Origin: Psilocybe cubensis
Lineage: Eukaryota
Assembly: GCA_017499595.2 (NCBI GenBank)
Contig: CM039006.1
Coordinates: 2,356,001-2,420,000 of the forward strand
DNA length: 64,000 nt
Direction of reading: 5' to 3'
The notes below the pieces were generated by a model. It searched no databases and had not been told where the DNA came from. It saw only the letters and a list, made by a program, of their open reading frames with translations. Positions within the stretch are counted from its first letter, which is position 1. Each line of letters opens with the position of its first letter. Made by a program: the position numbers and the translations under genes. Shown piece by piece: positions 1 through 13,590 of the stretch.

Positions 1-570
1 AAACTATGGTTTCTGCACTTGCTAAATATATCCCACGGACTAGGGTGAGCAATTTCGCGAGGATACTTGACGTTCTTCTTAAGGATTCCAGGACACCTCG
101 CTATCATTAAGAGCGCGCTACTATGGCGCGCACGCAGAAAGACCCGTGAACAAAGCGATACACACCCTTCAGAACACAAACGGCAGAAGCCCCCGTCTCG
201 ACCTGGTCATGGGAGGGAAACGCCTGCAGCCATACATCCACGATGCTATTGTTTCAATTTCGAATAGAGGGAAGATTGCGCAGTTTCATGTCTTTGTCAA
301 GAACCATTGCAGGCTCCCCCCTAACAGAAGCATTCGGAGATGGAGAGTGCGCAATTGGAAGGGTGATATTGTTGTCTTTAAGAAAGGAAAACACCAAGAA
401 TTGGTAAACCTCGGGGGGCGCGACAGAATTTTAGCTGATTTTGCGACCAAAAGGTGAGGCCGGATGCCAATATGAAGTTTGACGACACTAACAACCCCTA
501 GTTTCATTCAATCAGTGAATCAAACCAGGCCATTCAAAATCCCGAAAAACCTGTTTTTTGTAAAGCATTA
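1..570 (+). CDS. Partial intron-containing gene of unknown function, probably transposon cargo
   Basis: ORF 146-457 (..FHVFVKNH..WKGDIVVFKKG..LVNLGGRDRILADFA..) is bounded by GT donors at ~46 and ~453. The 5' end probably lies outside the window. Family not identified. Confidence 0.4.
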
Positions 571-3500
571 GCCTGCATGAAAGCACCGACAACGAATCCA
601 CAGACCAGCGGTGCACAAAGACTGTCTGCGTTAGTAGACTTCGTGTTATCTTCGGTCACACTTGCACGATAGCATTCGGTCGTCATTTCATAGCAGAAAA
701 GTCCCCCGTAGTACTGTTGTTTACGTTGTACGCTACGGTAGACTATTGCTGCGCTTTTTCGGTCTGTATGTGGTACTTCACCCTCCAGATGTCCATTCTG
801 CGGAGGGCCCGCCCTTGCGGATGATGGCTAGTATCTCGGGCGTAAGTATAGCGTGCTAAGGAGAAGTTGTAGATCAAAACCTGGTGCTTAAGAAAGAGAG
901 ACAGAAGACGAAAAACGTACTCTCGCGAAATGATGACCTTCTGTATATGTCATGGTTTGCCCTAAAACGTTGATGCAACCGATGGAATGGAGAGGACACA
1001 GCAAAGGACGGGCGTTGCAACTCTGTGTGAGGAGTGAGTACTGTGCGCAGCCGTCTTCGTTCAGCCACGTACATTAATGTTGCCCCAGTTTCCCGCTCGA
1101 GCCTACACGTCTCCACGACTGAAGTACATGCGTTCGTGTCGGGCGACGATGGACCCCTCGCTGGCCATCCAGGTTCGACGACTTGCTAGCCAAAGTTTGG
1201 ATGTGGCAAATCAGTGGAAGCGTCAAGGTAAGTGAACCTGCTACTTACTTGATTGGTATTTTATCGTGCACTCTCAGCGATGCTCGTTCTGCACAGAGAG
1301 AAGGATGCGAATGTCATCCACCTGCGCAATGTGCATGGAGGATATGGGAATCAGGGTCTGTCAGGTATATCAGCGAATGCCATGGGACATGCGACGTAAA
1401 CAGACTTACCCAGTCATACGTCTGCGTATACGCGCTCTACACATCATGCAATGCAATTCTGATAACCTATTCCCATCCAGAGGGCCCTATCCGTGCGAAA
1501 GGGGTTGTGGAGTTGAGTTGGAAGGAACACCGGTATCCGAACGATGACAAGTCCGGGATCTTGTTTGCTTAATAGCGCATAGTGCGGATCGTTGGTGTTC
1601 GGGATAGGAGATGGGCTATACTATGTAAGTTACTACAGAAAATTAGGTAGACAGAACGAAACATACCTGTGTAGAACAAGAGGAAGGAAATGGTGAAACG
1701 AACGACTTGAGTGAGAATCGTGTGCGTCTAATCGCATGGTTAGCAAACGGCGGGTACACTGGAGTTGCGACTTACCAGACATGCTTCGAAACTTTTGCGA
1801 TGTCTTGTTCGCTGACCTGTATCTGCGCTGAATGACTGACCCAATATACAACACTGTGCAGAAAATTGTGTTACTTACGGCGAGCGTAGAGATCTCATAC
1901 GTGCTTAACATCTGTGTTGGCACTTCGATTACACCTCACGCACAATATCATTCGGTCCCCATTTCGCTCCCTGTAGTAGTATTTGTATTATTTACATGGT
2001 ACACTACGCTAGACTGCCTACATGGATAGCAGCGCTACTCGGTCTATATGTGCTACTTCACCCGCTAGATGAGCATGGTTGGAACAGAAGAAGAAGAAAG
2101 CGTGAGAATATGGCCAGCACGCCAACAAGTACCGCAGAAGTTCGATGCCGCTCATGCCGTCGCCAAATTGGTGATGCGCATGATTGGTGGCACGGCATCA
2201 GCGGCATCAAACTTCTGTCCTGTATCATGGTGATTTTGTGACGGTGTGACGCCTTTCATCCTGTCCCTCAAATGCGGCGCGTTGTATCGTATGTAAATTG
2301 GTTAAATGATGGACACAATTCATGTGCTAGTATTATACGGAAGCGTAGGTCAGAACTGTATTTGCTATCAGCGGAGAGAAAATAGTGTTTCCATTCATGA
2401 TACGTTATTGATCCATCCACCGAAAATGAGTTTAAAATAGAAAATGAAGTCTGGTAGATAAGTCCCCGCTTTCATACCGTATTGAATCTTCCAGCATCCC
2501 ATCCAAATAATCGACTTCAAAATATCCAGGCATATGACCCCGCGTACACTTAGGAGTTCCCCCAGATTTTCCAGCCGACGGACTCGCATTTCCCTTTTCT
2601 TTGAACGAAAAGAGCACATTCTTTAACGCATCCTTGACCTACGAGAATGTTCGTCACGATACTTGTAAGGACAATCAAGAAAAACACTTACAGCGAGGTA
2701 TGGCCAAAATATTAATGAGTGATCCACCTCCAAGTGTTCTCCCTGTTGCGAAAGAAACCGCGAGCGTCGGATGAACTTGATTTCTTCCGGAGGGTTTCGC
2801 GGAACACATAGGGGTGAGAGCTGAGAAAGTCGAAATTCGATTCTCGGAGTGATAAGTGGAAGTGGCGCTTTATTGAACATTTTTGCTATGAGAGGTGCCA
2901 CAACTGGGTTTGGGGCAGTCTGTAAGTTGCAATGGAGGTGTATGCAATCAAGGATTCACGACGCTTTATAAGAAGCAAGAACAAAGGCAATCTCCGCGAC
3001 AAAATATCCTGACCAATCTTGACAAAGGTATTAACTAAATGAGCGCTTTATTCGCTCAACACCCATCTGAACATAGAAAATGATCTACCAATGAGATATA
3101 TAGAAGCTAGAGAAGGTCATGTATTTCTACATACCCACACTTACCCCGGAATGCAAGATTTTGGGAAGGTGATTTCATGATTTCAACTGGCGGAGATCAT
3201 CAATGATCAATGGGATAACATATAGTTTTAATATCTACTGTCGGTCATACCGCCATAACAACGTTTATCGTCATTATGACGGTGCCAAAGGGTGTGATTA
3301 CGTGGCTGCATGAGCAACATTAGAATTGTTTGCTATGTCAAAGCGCTCCTGTGACAATGCCATCTTTATCCCCTTTCCCATAACTCTTTGACAAAGAGAA
3401 ACAAGATAAGATGGATCTTTGTTCAGAAAACATTTAAAAGGTCGATAGGTTAATATGTACTCAGTACGATATTTCCTGCTGTAAGAAACTTCATGATGCC

Positions 3501-5206
3501 CGTGACGAGGGAAGGCCACGATGTAATTCTGAAGCATATCGTCATCGTTTCGTGGCTGATCCGTACTAATCATTCCTACAGGTCGATAACCACAGTGATG
3601 ACAATGACTATCAGAATCAGAAGCAAATGATCGAAGCAAAGTTGAAAGAACTAGTAAGTATTTTAGAACATCATTTTATTAAATCATGACAAAACTTTGC
3701 GATGACAGATTTCAATGATGCGGGCTGTATTTTGTGACACCCATGGTAGACGCGAAAACGACGATGAAGACGGAAAAAATAGTGAACAAGACGAGCAAGA
3801 CGAGGACTTGGATCCTTGGCCGGCGAACAGCAAACGCTCAAGGTGCGTTCAATGGCGGCTGGGGCGCAAAACTAAGCGATCTCGAAGGAATTTCAGGCGC
3901 AGAATGAGGGGTGCTTCGCGCTCTCCCAACAAGCTCCGCGGGTCCGACTCCGACTAGTGGGCAGACAACGAGGTATGGGGTTGTGCGCTGGGCAATGGCC
4001 GTGTTAGACTGTTGAACGAGATTTTAAACCACCCACTGGCAGGACAAATTGGGGTTGGAAAGTCACCGAAGATTATTATATCAAGTAGAGCTTGGGTTAA
4101 TAAATTTAGTATATCAATTGCAGATATTGATGAAGCGACATACTTCATAGATTGAAGAGAATTATTAGACGGGAACATCTCGCGTGTTCGAGAGAGTAAA
4201 TTTGGCTTACAGTACGTGTAAAACAATTGAGACTGGTGCCGCTCGAATACCTGATAGAAAAAAGACGGAGCCAATCTATAGTTGCATAAGCAGGAGACTC
4301 GACGGGAGCCATGTGCAAATCCTGTATATTCCAAGTCCCGATATCGTGAAATCCAAATTAAAACGGCAACCTGCAAAGAGGGTACCTCGCAGACCGGGTG
4401 CTTACAGTAGGCAGCGTCGTACAAAACATAAAGTTATGGCAGCATTCAACGTTCAATTCTTGAATGTAGGTGGGTGCGTCGTTGAATAAGTGAGGTCTGT
4501 AAAGCAATGAGGCGGCACATGTGCTGTAGAATATGTTTCCTGCACTGATAGCAAAGATGATTCCTCACCTATGTTTGTGACGCTCGAATACGGGTCTGGC
4601 AGGCGAAGAGGCGGCGGGTGTGCTGTAGAAGGTGTTCTTGGCTTGTGTTTCCTGCCTGATAGTAATAAAATACGATTCGCACCTATGTTTCTGCGTAATT
4701 CACTATCTAAATGAATTGTAGTTCCTCCTCGTTCTGTGTCGCTCACCCGACTATTTCCTCTGCCCTTCCAAGCCGGGTCTATGTCACTTGAACTAAAATT
4801 GTATTACTAGAGTACGCAGCTAGCTAAGTTTATGGTATTAGAGTCTACACTAAAGTGCTACTACTACAGTAAGCTCGTATGCGAACCATCTCTACGTACG
4901 ACGTGCTTCATAGGAGTGAGTGTTGAGAGAGAGGTGGAAAGGCGTCACACCGTCACAAAATCGCCATGATACAGGACAGAAGTTTGATGCCGCTGATGCC
5001 GTGCCACCAATCACGCGCATCACCAATTTGGCGACGGCATGAGCGGCATCGAACTTCTGCGGTACTTGTTGGCGTGCTGGCCATATTCTCACGCTTTCTT
5101 CTTCTTCTGTTCCAACCATGCTCATCTAGCGGGTGAAGTAGCACATATAGACGGAGTAGCGCTGCTATCCATGTAGGCAGTCTAGCGTAGTGTACCATGT
5201 AAATAA

Positions 5207-5510
5207 CACATAAGACAGTTTATTTATAACGTACATTACCTAAGATTTAATAATAAGGATATTACGTGAGACACGGTGGATTTACTCCCGCTACCTAATT
5301 AGGAGATTAGCGTGATGTACGTGTGATTTATCCTGGCAAATCATAGCGTACATGACGTGCCATTTAGCACTAAATGGAGCCGCCGGGTGGCATGCGGGAT
5401 CCGCGTGTCGGGCTGCACGGGAAAAACACGGGCCGCAAATGAACCGGACGGGTCCATCTACATCCCGTGTATTGCAAGCAGACGGATCCGTTTTGACCCG
5501 TGTTGTGCTG
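5207..5510 (+). repeat. Left TIR of the KDZ element (304 bp)
   Basis: Reverse complement of 20569-20872, with no mismatch seen by eye. The inner part is rich in ACGGG/ACGGRTCC motifs. Confidence 0.95.
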
Positions 5511-5651
5511 AGACGGGTCCATTCATCCACCCGCTTCTGTATTCCGACAAATATCCGCCTTGAAGAATCATACATCGGATGACCGTTAATATATGTAATA
5601 AGGTGTATAGATTATACTGGCAGCACATTCCTTTCCACATACCCTGATAGC

Positions 5652-6931
5652 ATGGATTATGCCTTTGAGCTAACCCAATCCCTCTCAAACTACATGAAGG
5701 CACAAATAGCTAGTCGTCTTTGGCATGCAGAACTGCCTAATCAAATCCGGGAAAACTTCAGTGCTGAGACCATGTTTGAGTGCAATCTAGCTGTGGAGGT
5801 GATTTTGCAGGCATTTGAAAATCAAGGTATGCAATCAATAAGCTTTGAAAATTGAGATTAAATAATGTGTGAATGGCAGAATATACGACGTGGGATGCAG
5901 AAGAATATTTGACTCATCTCAGTGCACGTTGCACGGGTCAGAATTTTACCGTTGAGGCTCGCCTGAAAGACAAGTTTTCTCCGGTGCATTCCGCGTTACA
6001 GTACCAAACCCTGCCCGGAACTGTGGTCGATAGTGCAGGCAACATATTGGTGTGGTACCTGCCAGGTATTTTGTCAGAGACAAGGGTGGTGAGTTTTAGA
6101 AACAGACCAATTAATTCATATATTATGCTTTCTAAAGAGTAACAGGAGAGTATGTGGAATTCATTACGGGATATTGAAACAATGATTCACAAGGCGGTAC
6201 CTTTGGCCACAAGCTGGAGGGTCAATGACAGTTACTTTCGACATGAGCCAGGTTGGGTTCAACCTGGAAATATTAACTTCTCCCCGGCATGGTTTCAGCA
6301 AGGCCATGAGGTGAGAAACTTGTATGCTAATTATTATACTGCCTCATATTTTCCTCAGACGTCCAACCCGCTTGAGGTCTCCTTGGACTTGTGTAATCCA
6401 ATTGGACAGGAGTTTATACGAGACACGACGACATCTTCGGCTTTGCTGGGAGCCATCTTGAGCATTATACATCCCGAGCAGTACCGGGCGGGAATGAAAT
6501 TTCTTCAACGGCTTGCTGCGGAACCGGAGCTTGTCCATAAGGCTGAAATATTGAAGCAAATTCTCACAATTTGGAGTTCGCCCTTTGGAGTCATGACCGT
6601 GATCAGCAACCGAGATACACCATACCATCGGGATAATGGGTCGTGCTACTCATGGTACGATTTTTTGATGCCGCTTGGGAAGGGTGAACACGGACGGCTT
6701 GAGCTTCCGGGCCTTGGACTTCGGTACAAGTATGATCCCATGACCCTTGTTGCAATTACCGGCAGGTTGCTTCAACACGGCGCGGTGTGCGATGGAGACA
6801 GGGCAGTCATAGTCTATTACATGCGTAGGACTGTATTTGAAGAGCTGGGAGTCCAAGAGGCAGGATGGTCTACTACGTACGATCTTTTTGCAAATTTACC
6901 GGCCACCAACGCTTTTGATTTTGAAATATGA
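5652..6931 (+). CDS. Fungal TET/JBP-family 2-oxoglutarate/Fe(II) dioxygenase (putative 5mC/6mA-oxidising enzyme), about 4 exons
   Basis: HxD in NRDTPYHRD, distal His in LLQHG, 2OG-binding Arg in GDRAVIVYYMR, plus 'ILVWYLPGIL' and 'FSPAWFQQGH' segments typical of KDZ-linked TET/JBP proteins. Introns at about 5828-5879, 6090-6145 and 6311-6358. Confidence 0.9.
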
Positions 6932-7017
6932 TCAGTTTTTGACTTGGAAGTTGGGTTTGGGGAAGATTTTTTTATATTTCCAAACCAAAACAGTACGAAA
7001 GCTACAGCACAACCAGA

Positions 7018-7294
7018 ATTCTCTGTCCCAGGGTGTTTCCGACGCGTCCGCGCTGAGCTCTTCCAAGGTTACCGGAATCATCGGACTCCGCCGTCGTATT
7101 ACCGGCGGAAAAGGCATCATCCGCCTCCTCTTCGATGTCCTGTGCGAGAGGTGGGCAACTAAGATTCCTCATCCCAGGGTGTTTCCGACACGTCCTCGCT
7201 AAGCTCTTCTGAGTTACCGGAAGCATCTGACTCCTCCGTCGTATCACCGGCGGAAGACTCCTCATCCGCCTCCTCTTCAAAGTCCTGTGCGAGA
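7018..7294. repeat. Diverged tandem duplication of ~130 bp covering the 3' end of the 7159-8783 gene
   Basis: 7018-7149 resembles 7164-7294 (CCCAGGGTGTTTCCGAC...GTCCTGTGCGAGA in both). Confidence 0.8.
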
Positions 7295-8783
7295 TGCTCT
7301 AAAAACGTAGCTGGTGTAGAGGATTCAGTGGTATCAGACGTACTATCAATATCATCCTCTTCTCCCGGAAAAACAGGTCTTGACCTTGCGTTAAAAAGGA
7401 AGGCATTGCTGGTGTGTGCATTTGACGGAGGGCTGACGGAACCGGGCGTAGGCAGAGTATCTGTTGGGAGATGAATATTTGCAGTGTTGGAGGGTGGCGA
7501 ATGATACCAGAGTGGATGAAAAGGTAGTTCCTTGACGGCAATAAAAGAATAAAAAATGTCGTTGATGTAAAATGAAGCGACTTTGAGCTTTGAGACCTCG
7601 AAGGACCGGGCTTGAGCCGTTATAGCGCCCCAACTGTCAGGAGAAGGGTGAACGGGATGCTGAAATTTGTATTTGGCTGAAAGCCCCTTGCCGTTAGAGA
7701 ACGGGAGCTCCTTAGAGTCAATCCACATCTTCTCCAATACAGAATATCTGCCCAAGGCGGCCGAAGAAGTAGTCACTGCTTTATGGGCATTCTTCATTTT
7801 GTCCGCCACATTCCGGCGCAGGTGAGCCAACTCCCTCATTACGCCCGTTAGGATAGGCTGACCGCAGCGGGGACAGTAGGGCGGTCTGTGGTCAGAAATT
7901 GCAATTGGGGATGTTTCATCCCGCGTGTTTGCAACACGGGTCGGCGGATTGGGTTTCCCCGTGGGCGGTGAAAACGCGGAGCCGTGCTTTCCCGTCAACG
8001 CGGATCCGTGCTTCCCCGAGGTGGGGACGGATGTCCGTTCAGCCGCCTTTCCCTTGCCCTTGGGATTGTTTTCTTGATTTCTTGGAGGCCCAGAGGTGGA
8101 TGAACTTGCGCCCTCCTTAGCTTCTTTCCTCTGATTGTTTAGCCGGAGTACCTCTTGTTGGTATTCAGGCAGAACCACCTGGTGGGAAGGACGCAAATCA
8201 GATATAATCCACAGCAATAAAAAAACATACCTTGTTCCAAAATTCTCTTGCTTGCGATTCAACGGTAACAAAGGCAACTTGCCACTCATCGCCTTCAGCA
8301 AATCCGTCCCTCCACCAATATCCCCAGCTCTTGGTCTGATTTAAAATTTCATCATCTTCCCATGCTGACCAGCTTTGATTTAGAGATTCAAATAGAACAG
8401 CTCGATGGTGGGGAGTTCGGTTCAAAACGGCATGTACGCTCTGATTGAGAATTTCTGATATAAAAAATGGAATATCGACTTGGAATCCATTGACATAGCA
8501 GTATCCGAGTACTCTCAGCAGTATAGCCTATCGAGCAGTTCTCAATGCAAGATATAATAGTTCAAAATTACTGTCTTACCACCTCTAGGTCAAGCAAATA
8601 CATCCATTTTTGGCGACGCACGGAGGAAACAGAGTCTCCGTTTGCAATGAACAAACGGTATCCGGCACGGATCCGTGCACCACAAATATGGACATGAACT
8701 TTGGCCAGAGCACGTCGCTCATCATAGGTAAGGAGATGATGTTCGTCCTCGACAGGAGGTTTAAAAAGCCGCGGTAAGTGCAT
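7159..8783 (-). CDS. Multi-exon cargo gene of unknown function (CxxC motif, acidic C-terminus)
   Basis: Consecutive minus-strand ORFs 8568-8852, 8198-8425 and 7159-8301 are separated by GT..AG introns. Contains YCPRCG and a D/E-rich tail. The start MHLPRLF at 8783 is inferred. Confidence 0.6.
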
Positions 8784-8827
8784 GAATTCAACAAGATGAG
8801 ATACAACAAGAATGTTCAAAGAACTGG

Positions 8828-11800
8828 TTAATCTGTAATTATAAATCTCCACACGGACGGATACTCCGGGTTAATTTGACGGAAGACCTTATCCGCGGCC
8901 CGCCCCAGATCATTCCACATGGCAATCTGCTTTTGAGCATTTGCCCTGTGACCAACTAACCTGTCAGGAACAAAATCATGCCGTGCACGCCATGTCTTTG
9001 CCATATACACATAAAATCTGACAGTCCATTCCATTTCCTTTTTTGTCAAGGCCAGCTCCTCTTGCCATCTATTCCTCTGAGCTCGCGCGCGGAGCCAGTT
9101 TAGCCTAAAGACTAAGAAGCCCTTGAGAAAAAAATTAGAAATACAAATAGCAGTACTCACACTCATTAACGTATAATTGATTATCATTGTCCAGGCCCTG
9201 ACGGGATCTCCAAATCCAACTTAGACGGTCCGAGCTTCCTCCGCGAATGTTCGGATCCGACACGGCATTACTATGCTTGCAATCATGGACTTGCAGAATG
9301 GGATATTGTTTCCGAATATTATCCTCGTCTCGCACGCCAGCAGATAAATAGATCATCTTCTGACGGTTTGTGTTGTAGAGTCGCCGGTGCAATTTCCAGG
9401 AAGCATTCAAAAGCTTGACGCCATCCCAAGCACGAGTCCCCATATAGACGGAGTCGGCGGTCCGAACCTGATATTTATACTGCCAAGAAAGCTGGATCAA
9501 GGCTGACCGGACCGCTTCCAGACAGTCCTCTGCGTGGCCATGTCTTATTTGAAGTTCAAGTTTGCGAAGCCCTTTTAAAATGAGGTTTGTTCCCGCGTCA
9601 AGGCCGTCAAAGAAATCTTGTTTGACGGCGGAGGGAAACGGAAGCGGCTGTCGTTCCGGATCCGCGCGGGTAATGTTGACATTTCCAAGATCAGGATCGT
9701 CGTTGTCACTGACTTCATAGTCAAGTATGGGAGCGATGTCCCCTTGAATATCCTCCAAGACATCTTCGCCCATGAAGGTCATAGCGGATCGACAGAAGGC
9801 TTCAACGCGGGTCCGCATGGAGCGACGTTTATTGACCAAGTCAAGTTTCTGCGCGGTGGAAGGATGCTTTCCGAGCTTTCTGACATGGTCCCTGAGCTCC
9901 AATCTAAAAACATGTTAAATTCTGTAGGATGCAATTGAAATAATCGTACTGCGCTTGCTCCAGTTTTAAGCCGGATGATATCCATGCTGCCTTTCCAGTA
10001 GCACCATTAGATGTAAGTTCCATATTTGAAAGATGCAATTCAATTTCTTGGCGTCCAGCAGCCGTTTTCACTTTGCTTGCCATTACCTTGCCAACAGCGT
10101 CGGCCACACCTTGTTCTCGGTCCGCTTCTGCTTTTGAAATTTCATCTTCCCAAGTGTTGATGAGCCCGGAATCTTGTTGATCCGTGATACCCCTATAAAA
10201 TCGGTCTGTGATTCCGGACTGTTCCCGTGCCCGTTTGAACTTTGCAGCAATTGTTGCAGCCATATTAATGGTCTTCTTCCAGTTGGAATCCCCCATGTGG
10301 TCGTCCAAAACCTCTGCTCGATGGGCAGTGGTAGCGGAACGTGTACTCCGGGATGTGTCATTTAACACGGACCACAACGGCTCCAGGATTTCTCCGTCAA
10401 TGATTCCCACACCCGGGACATAGGTGGATGCGTAGTTGTAAAGACATTCCGTCTTGTGCCCGTGGACGTGAAATAAACCAATTGCAAAAATCATTTTAAC
10501 AGAAGGTGGCCAATGCATTTTTGTGGACTCTGAGAGACGCCTTGCCAAGTTAACGCAATATTGACAGTTTATATCGTAGATTTCCAAATGTTTTGTGATT
10601 CCCTGTGTGTTGGTAGTTTCCCTGGCCTGAGTCAAAGACCAATCCATGTGCATCTGCTTTTCACCTTTGTCAAAATCGACAACGCTGGATGGACAGAAGC
10701 ATCCGTGCCTAGCGCAAGCGTGTGCCCCAATTCCACGTACTCTCTTACCCGGGCTGACTCTGTTTTCAGCTTTCTGGGCGTGGTAGTTATGACATGTTTG
10801 TTCCTGATATTTTTTGACACGGAAAGTAAGCATCCGCCGTAGAAGATTTTGACACGGAGCGTAAGCATCCGCCGTGAAAGATAAATCATGGTAGATAACG
10901 CACCCGTTTATAACGTGGAGCAAGAGAAATTGCTTCCTTAATGTGCTCCTTGTAAGGGCCCGGAGCAGTCATGTATCCTTCTCCAACGCTCAACCAAACA
11001 TCGTCTCCCTCGTTTTTCTGATTGAGGTGATCTGCTTTGAAATTACCATCTGCAACATAACTACGTATGTACAGATTGCTACTTGCTGTTAATTGTAGTC
11101 ACCCTTGAAGAATAACTAAAACTTGCCTATCAGCATCATCAATCCAGGTATCAGGTAGGTTTATTCCAGGCTGTGGACAGGCGGGGCAGAATAAGGCCAA
11201 CTTCCCTCTCCTATCTTCAACTTCGGGATGATCCTCGGTCCGCGTCATTTGTGGTACAGGCGGACCATCTAATCCGCCGTGTCCCAGAGACGGGTCCGTT
11301 GACATTCCGACTTCTTGAGACGGACTATCAGATCCGCCGTCAATTGGATCAGATACATTAATACCCATCCTCTCTGGTGATGAATCATGGCAATGACGAT
11401 AGTAAGGGACCACCGCTTCTCTTGTATGCCCTTCTCCGTATTGTCGTCTCAGGACAAGGTCCCTGTATTCTCTACTAAGCCTTCTCAATTCACGATAGCG
11501 GTTCAGCACCTTTTTTGGAAACGCTGGCGAAGTCAGTCTTCGCAACTTTTGGTAATACTGATAAGCCGACGTTTTGCACTCGAGGTTGTCCATCCGAAAG
11601 TCCTCAAGGACCTCAACTGTGAACACAGTTTGAACGTTTTCAAAGCTGGCTGCAAATAATCCCATCTCCAGATACTGTAAATCGATAGACGGAAGGCGGA
11701 CGGACCGGCATGTGCATGTTCGCACGGGCAGATAATGGACTCCGGAGGTGTGCACAATTGCCTTGAAAGGAATTCCATTGTTGTCTGCTGCCTTTGGACG

Positions 11801-12711
11801 AGGTTGGTCCAGATAGGTTGTATCGACTTCCTCGAATAGATCATCGTCTTCATCGTCTCCATCGTCCAGCTCAACCAAATGGGGTACCTCCGGGTCCGCC
11901 AGAAGCTGAGCCGTAAAGGATTCTTGGTCATTGCTCGCAGGAAGCGGATCCAGGTCCAATCCGTGTTCATCTTCAAAGACGGGCGAATTGTTTCCGCCGT
12001 GCCCATGACTCCCGGATGAATTGTTTCCGCCGTCCCATCCTAGGTGGCTCGGATCCGTGGGATAAGGACAACGTTTCCCATTATGACCCAAATACAACTT
12101 GACACCCACTTCCCACAGAGCTCCCGGACGGAAATATAGACCCGTCCACTTCTCAACGCGGTGGAAAGGTGTAAATTGATGGTTTCTTCGCAGGCATTCA
12201 GAACACAAAATTCTAGAGCCAAAGCATTGGCAACATCTCCACACTCCAGACATTCCTTGACATTGCTGACACTGTCCATTCAGATCCGGATCCGGGGCTT
12301 CTCCTCCAATCATTGTTCCAAGATACACCTCTCGTTTCGGGAGCCATTCCCTCAGGTAATCATTTTGAGACTGGATAGGTAAAGTCATCCTGATCATTCT
12401 ACTGAAAACATGTTAAAACATACCTTTCCTCCCGTTCTGTCGTCATCTAGCTGTCTCAGGTTATCAAGTACCTGCTGATCAGTTAGATCTCCCGGATAAT
12501 GAGGTATTTCTTCTTCCAGAATGTTGTGTTCATGGTTTTGGAAAGAGTAAGTCGTTGTTTGAGGGAGGTTTGTTGATGATGATTCTGCAGGAAGTTTGTG
12601 GATCCTCGGCCGCCCTCTCTTTCGTTTCTTGGCCCCACTAGACCAGGAGGCCTCCCGAACATTGGGAAACTCCTCATCCGATCCCCTATCAGGTACTTTC
12701 TTGAAGCCCAT
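8828..12711 (-). CDS. CxC2-domain Kyakuja/KDZ transposase, multi-exon
   Basis: N-terminal Cys cluster (CQQC..CCQC..CSEC..H..PFHRVEKW), CxC2 region (IVHTSGVH..C.C; FCPACPQPGINLP) and KDZ core motifs DGNF, CARHG, GEKQ..MD, YDINCQY, FHVHGH..C, DGEILEPLWS. C-terminal WLRARAQRNRWQEE. No stop seen in the main exons. Confidence 0.93.
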
Positions 12712-13590
12712 GGATGTTGGAAACAAAGAGTCTGACAGCCTGTGAGCGCAGATCTAAATGTAGTATAACATGTTTATTTCTGTAGATAAATTTCCCTCAA
12801 TTATGCCGTTTTAAAGAGGAGAAAAATAGCTTTCATATGACTTATCTTGCAGCATATTTGGATGAGTGAGTGAAATGTTATGAACAAAACTTAATCCAGA
12901 GATGCACAAAATGGACGTGATCCCATCATAAATGTACAATATGATGCAGAACGACCCTTTCAGAACCACACTTTGGAGTGTTTTTGAAATATCTTTTCAC
13001 TGGCTGGCCCCTCATTCCTCCGGCGTATATCATATGAAAGATATTTTTAATAGCTACCGAATGACATTTTTTGTAGAATGTGAATCCTCGTATTTAAGGA
13101 GATATTCTCAATATACTAGAAAATGTGTCAAAATGAGCTCACTGGGATCATTATATTTTTTGAAAAAAATTATGCATTTGAATACCTCTCATGGTCTCTG
13201 AGATGACTGCCGTTTTGGGTTTCACAAGTTTTGGGTGAGAAGACGTGAATTTGCATTTTGTGTTTCTGTATCTTTACAGCCATCTGACAAGAATTTAAAA
13301 CCTTGTAAAATTATCTTTATATAAAGCGCTAAATGTTTACAAAATTCCATGTTTATTGATTGAATGCAGAGGGAACTATTGCAAAATCATGAGGTCAATG
13401 TATGTGACAGCGACCAGCATGCTTTGATCATCGTGGCCGACGATGAAGCGGGATTACCTGATTGGGAAAAATATGACATCACATCATTTATTTAGTATGA
13501 TCGGAAGCTTATTTTATCTCCGTATAACGTGAGATTTGACCAGATCACACAGATACTCATCGATAAGCTACTTGTTACATCACTGCAATT

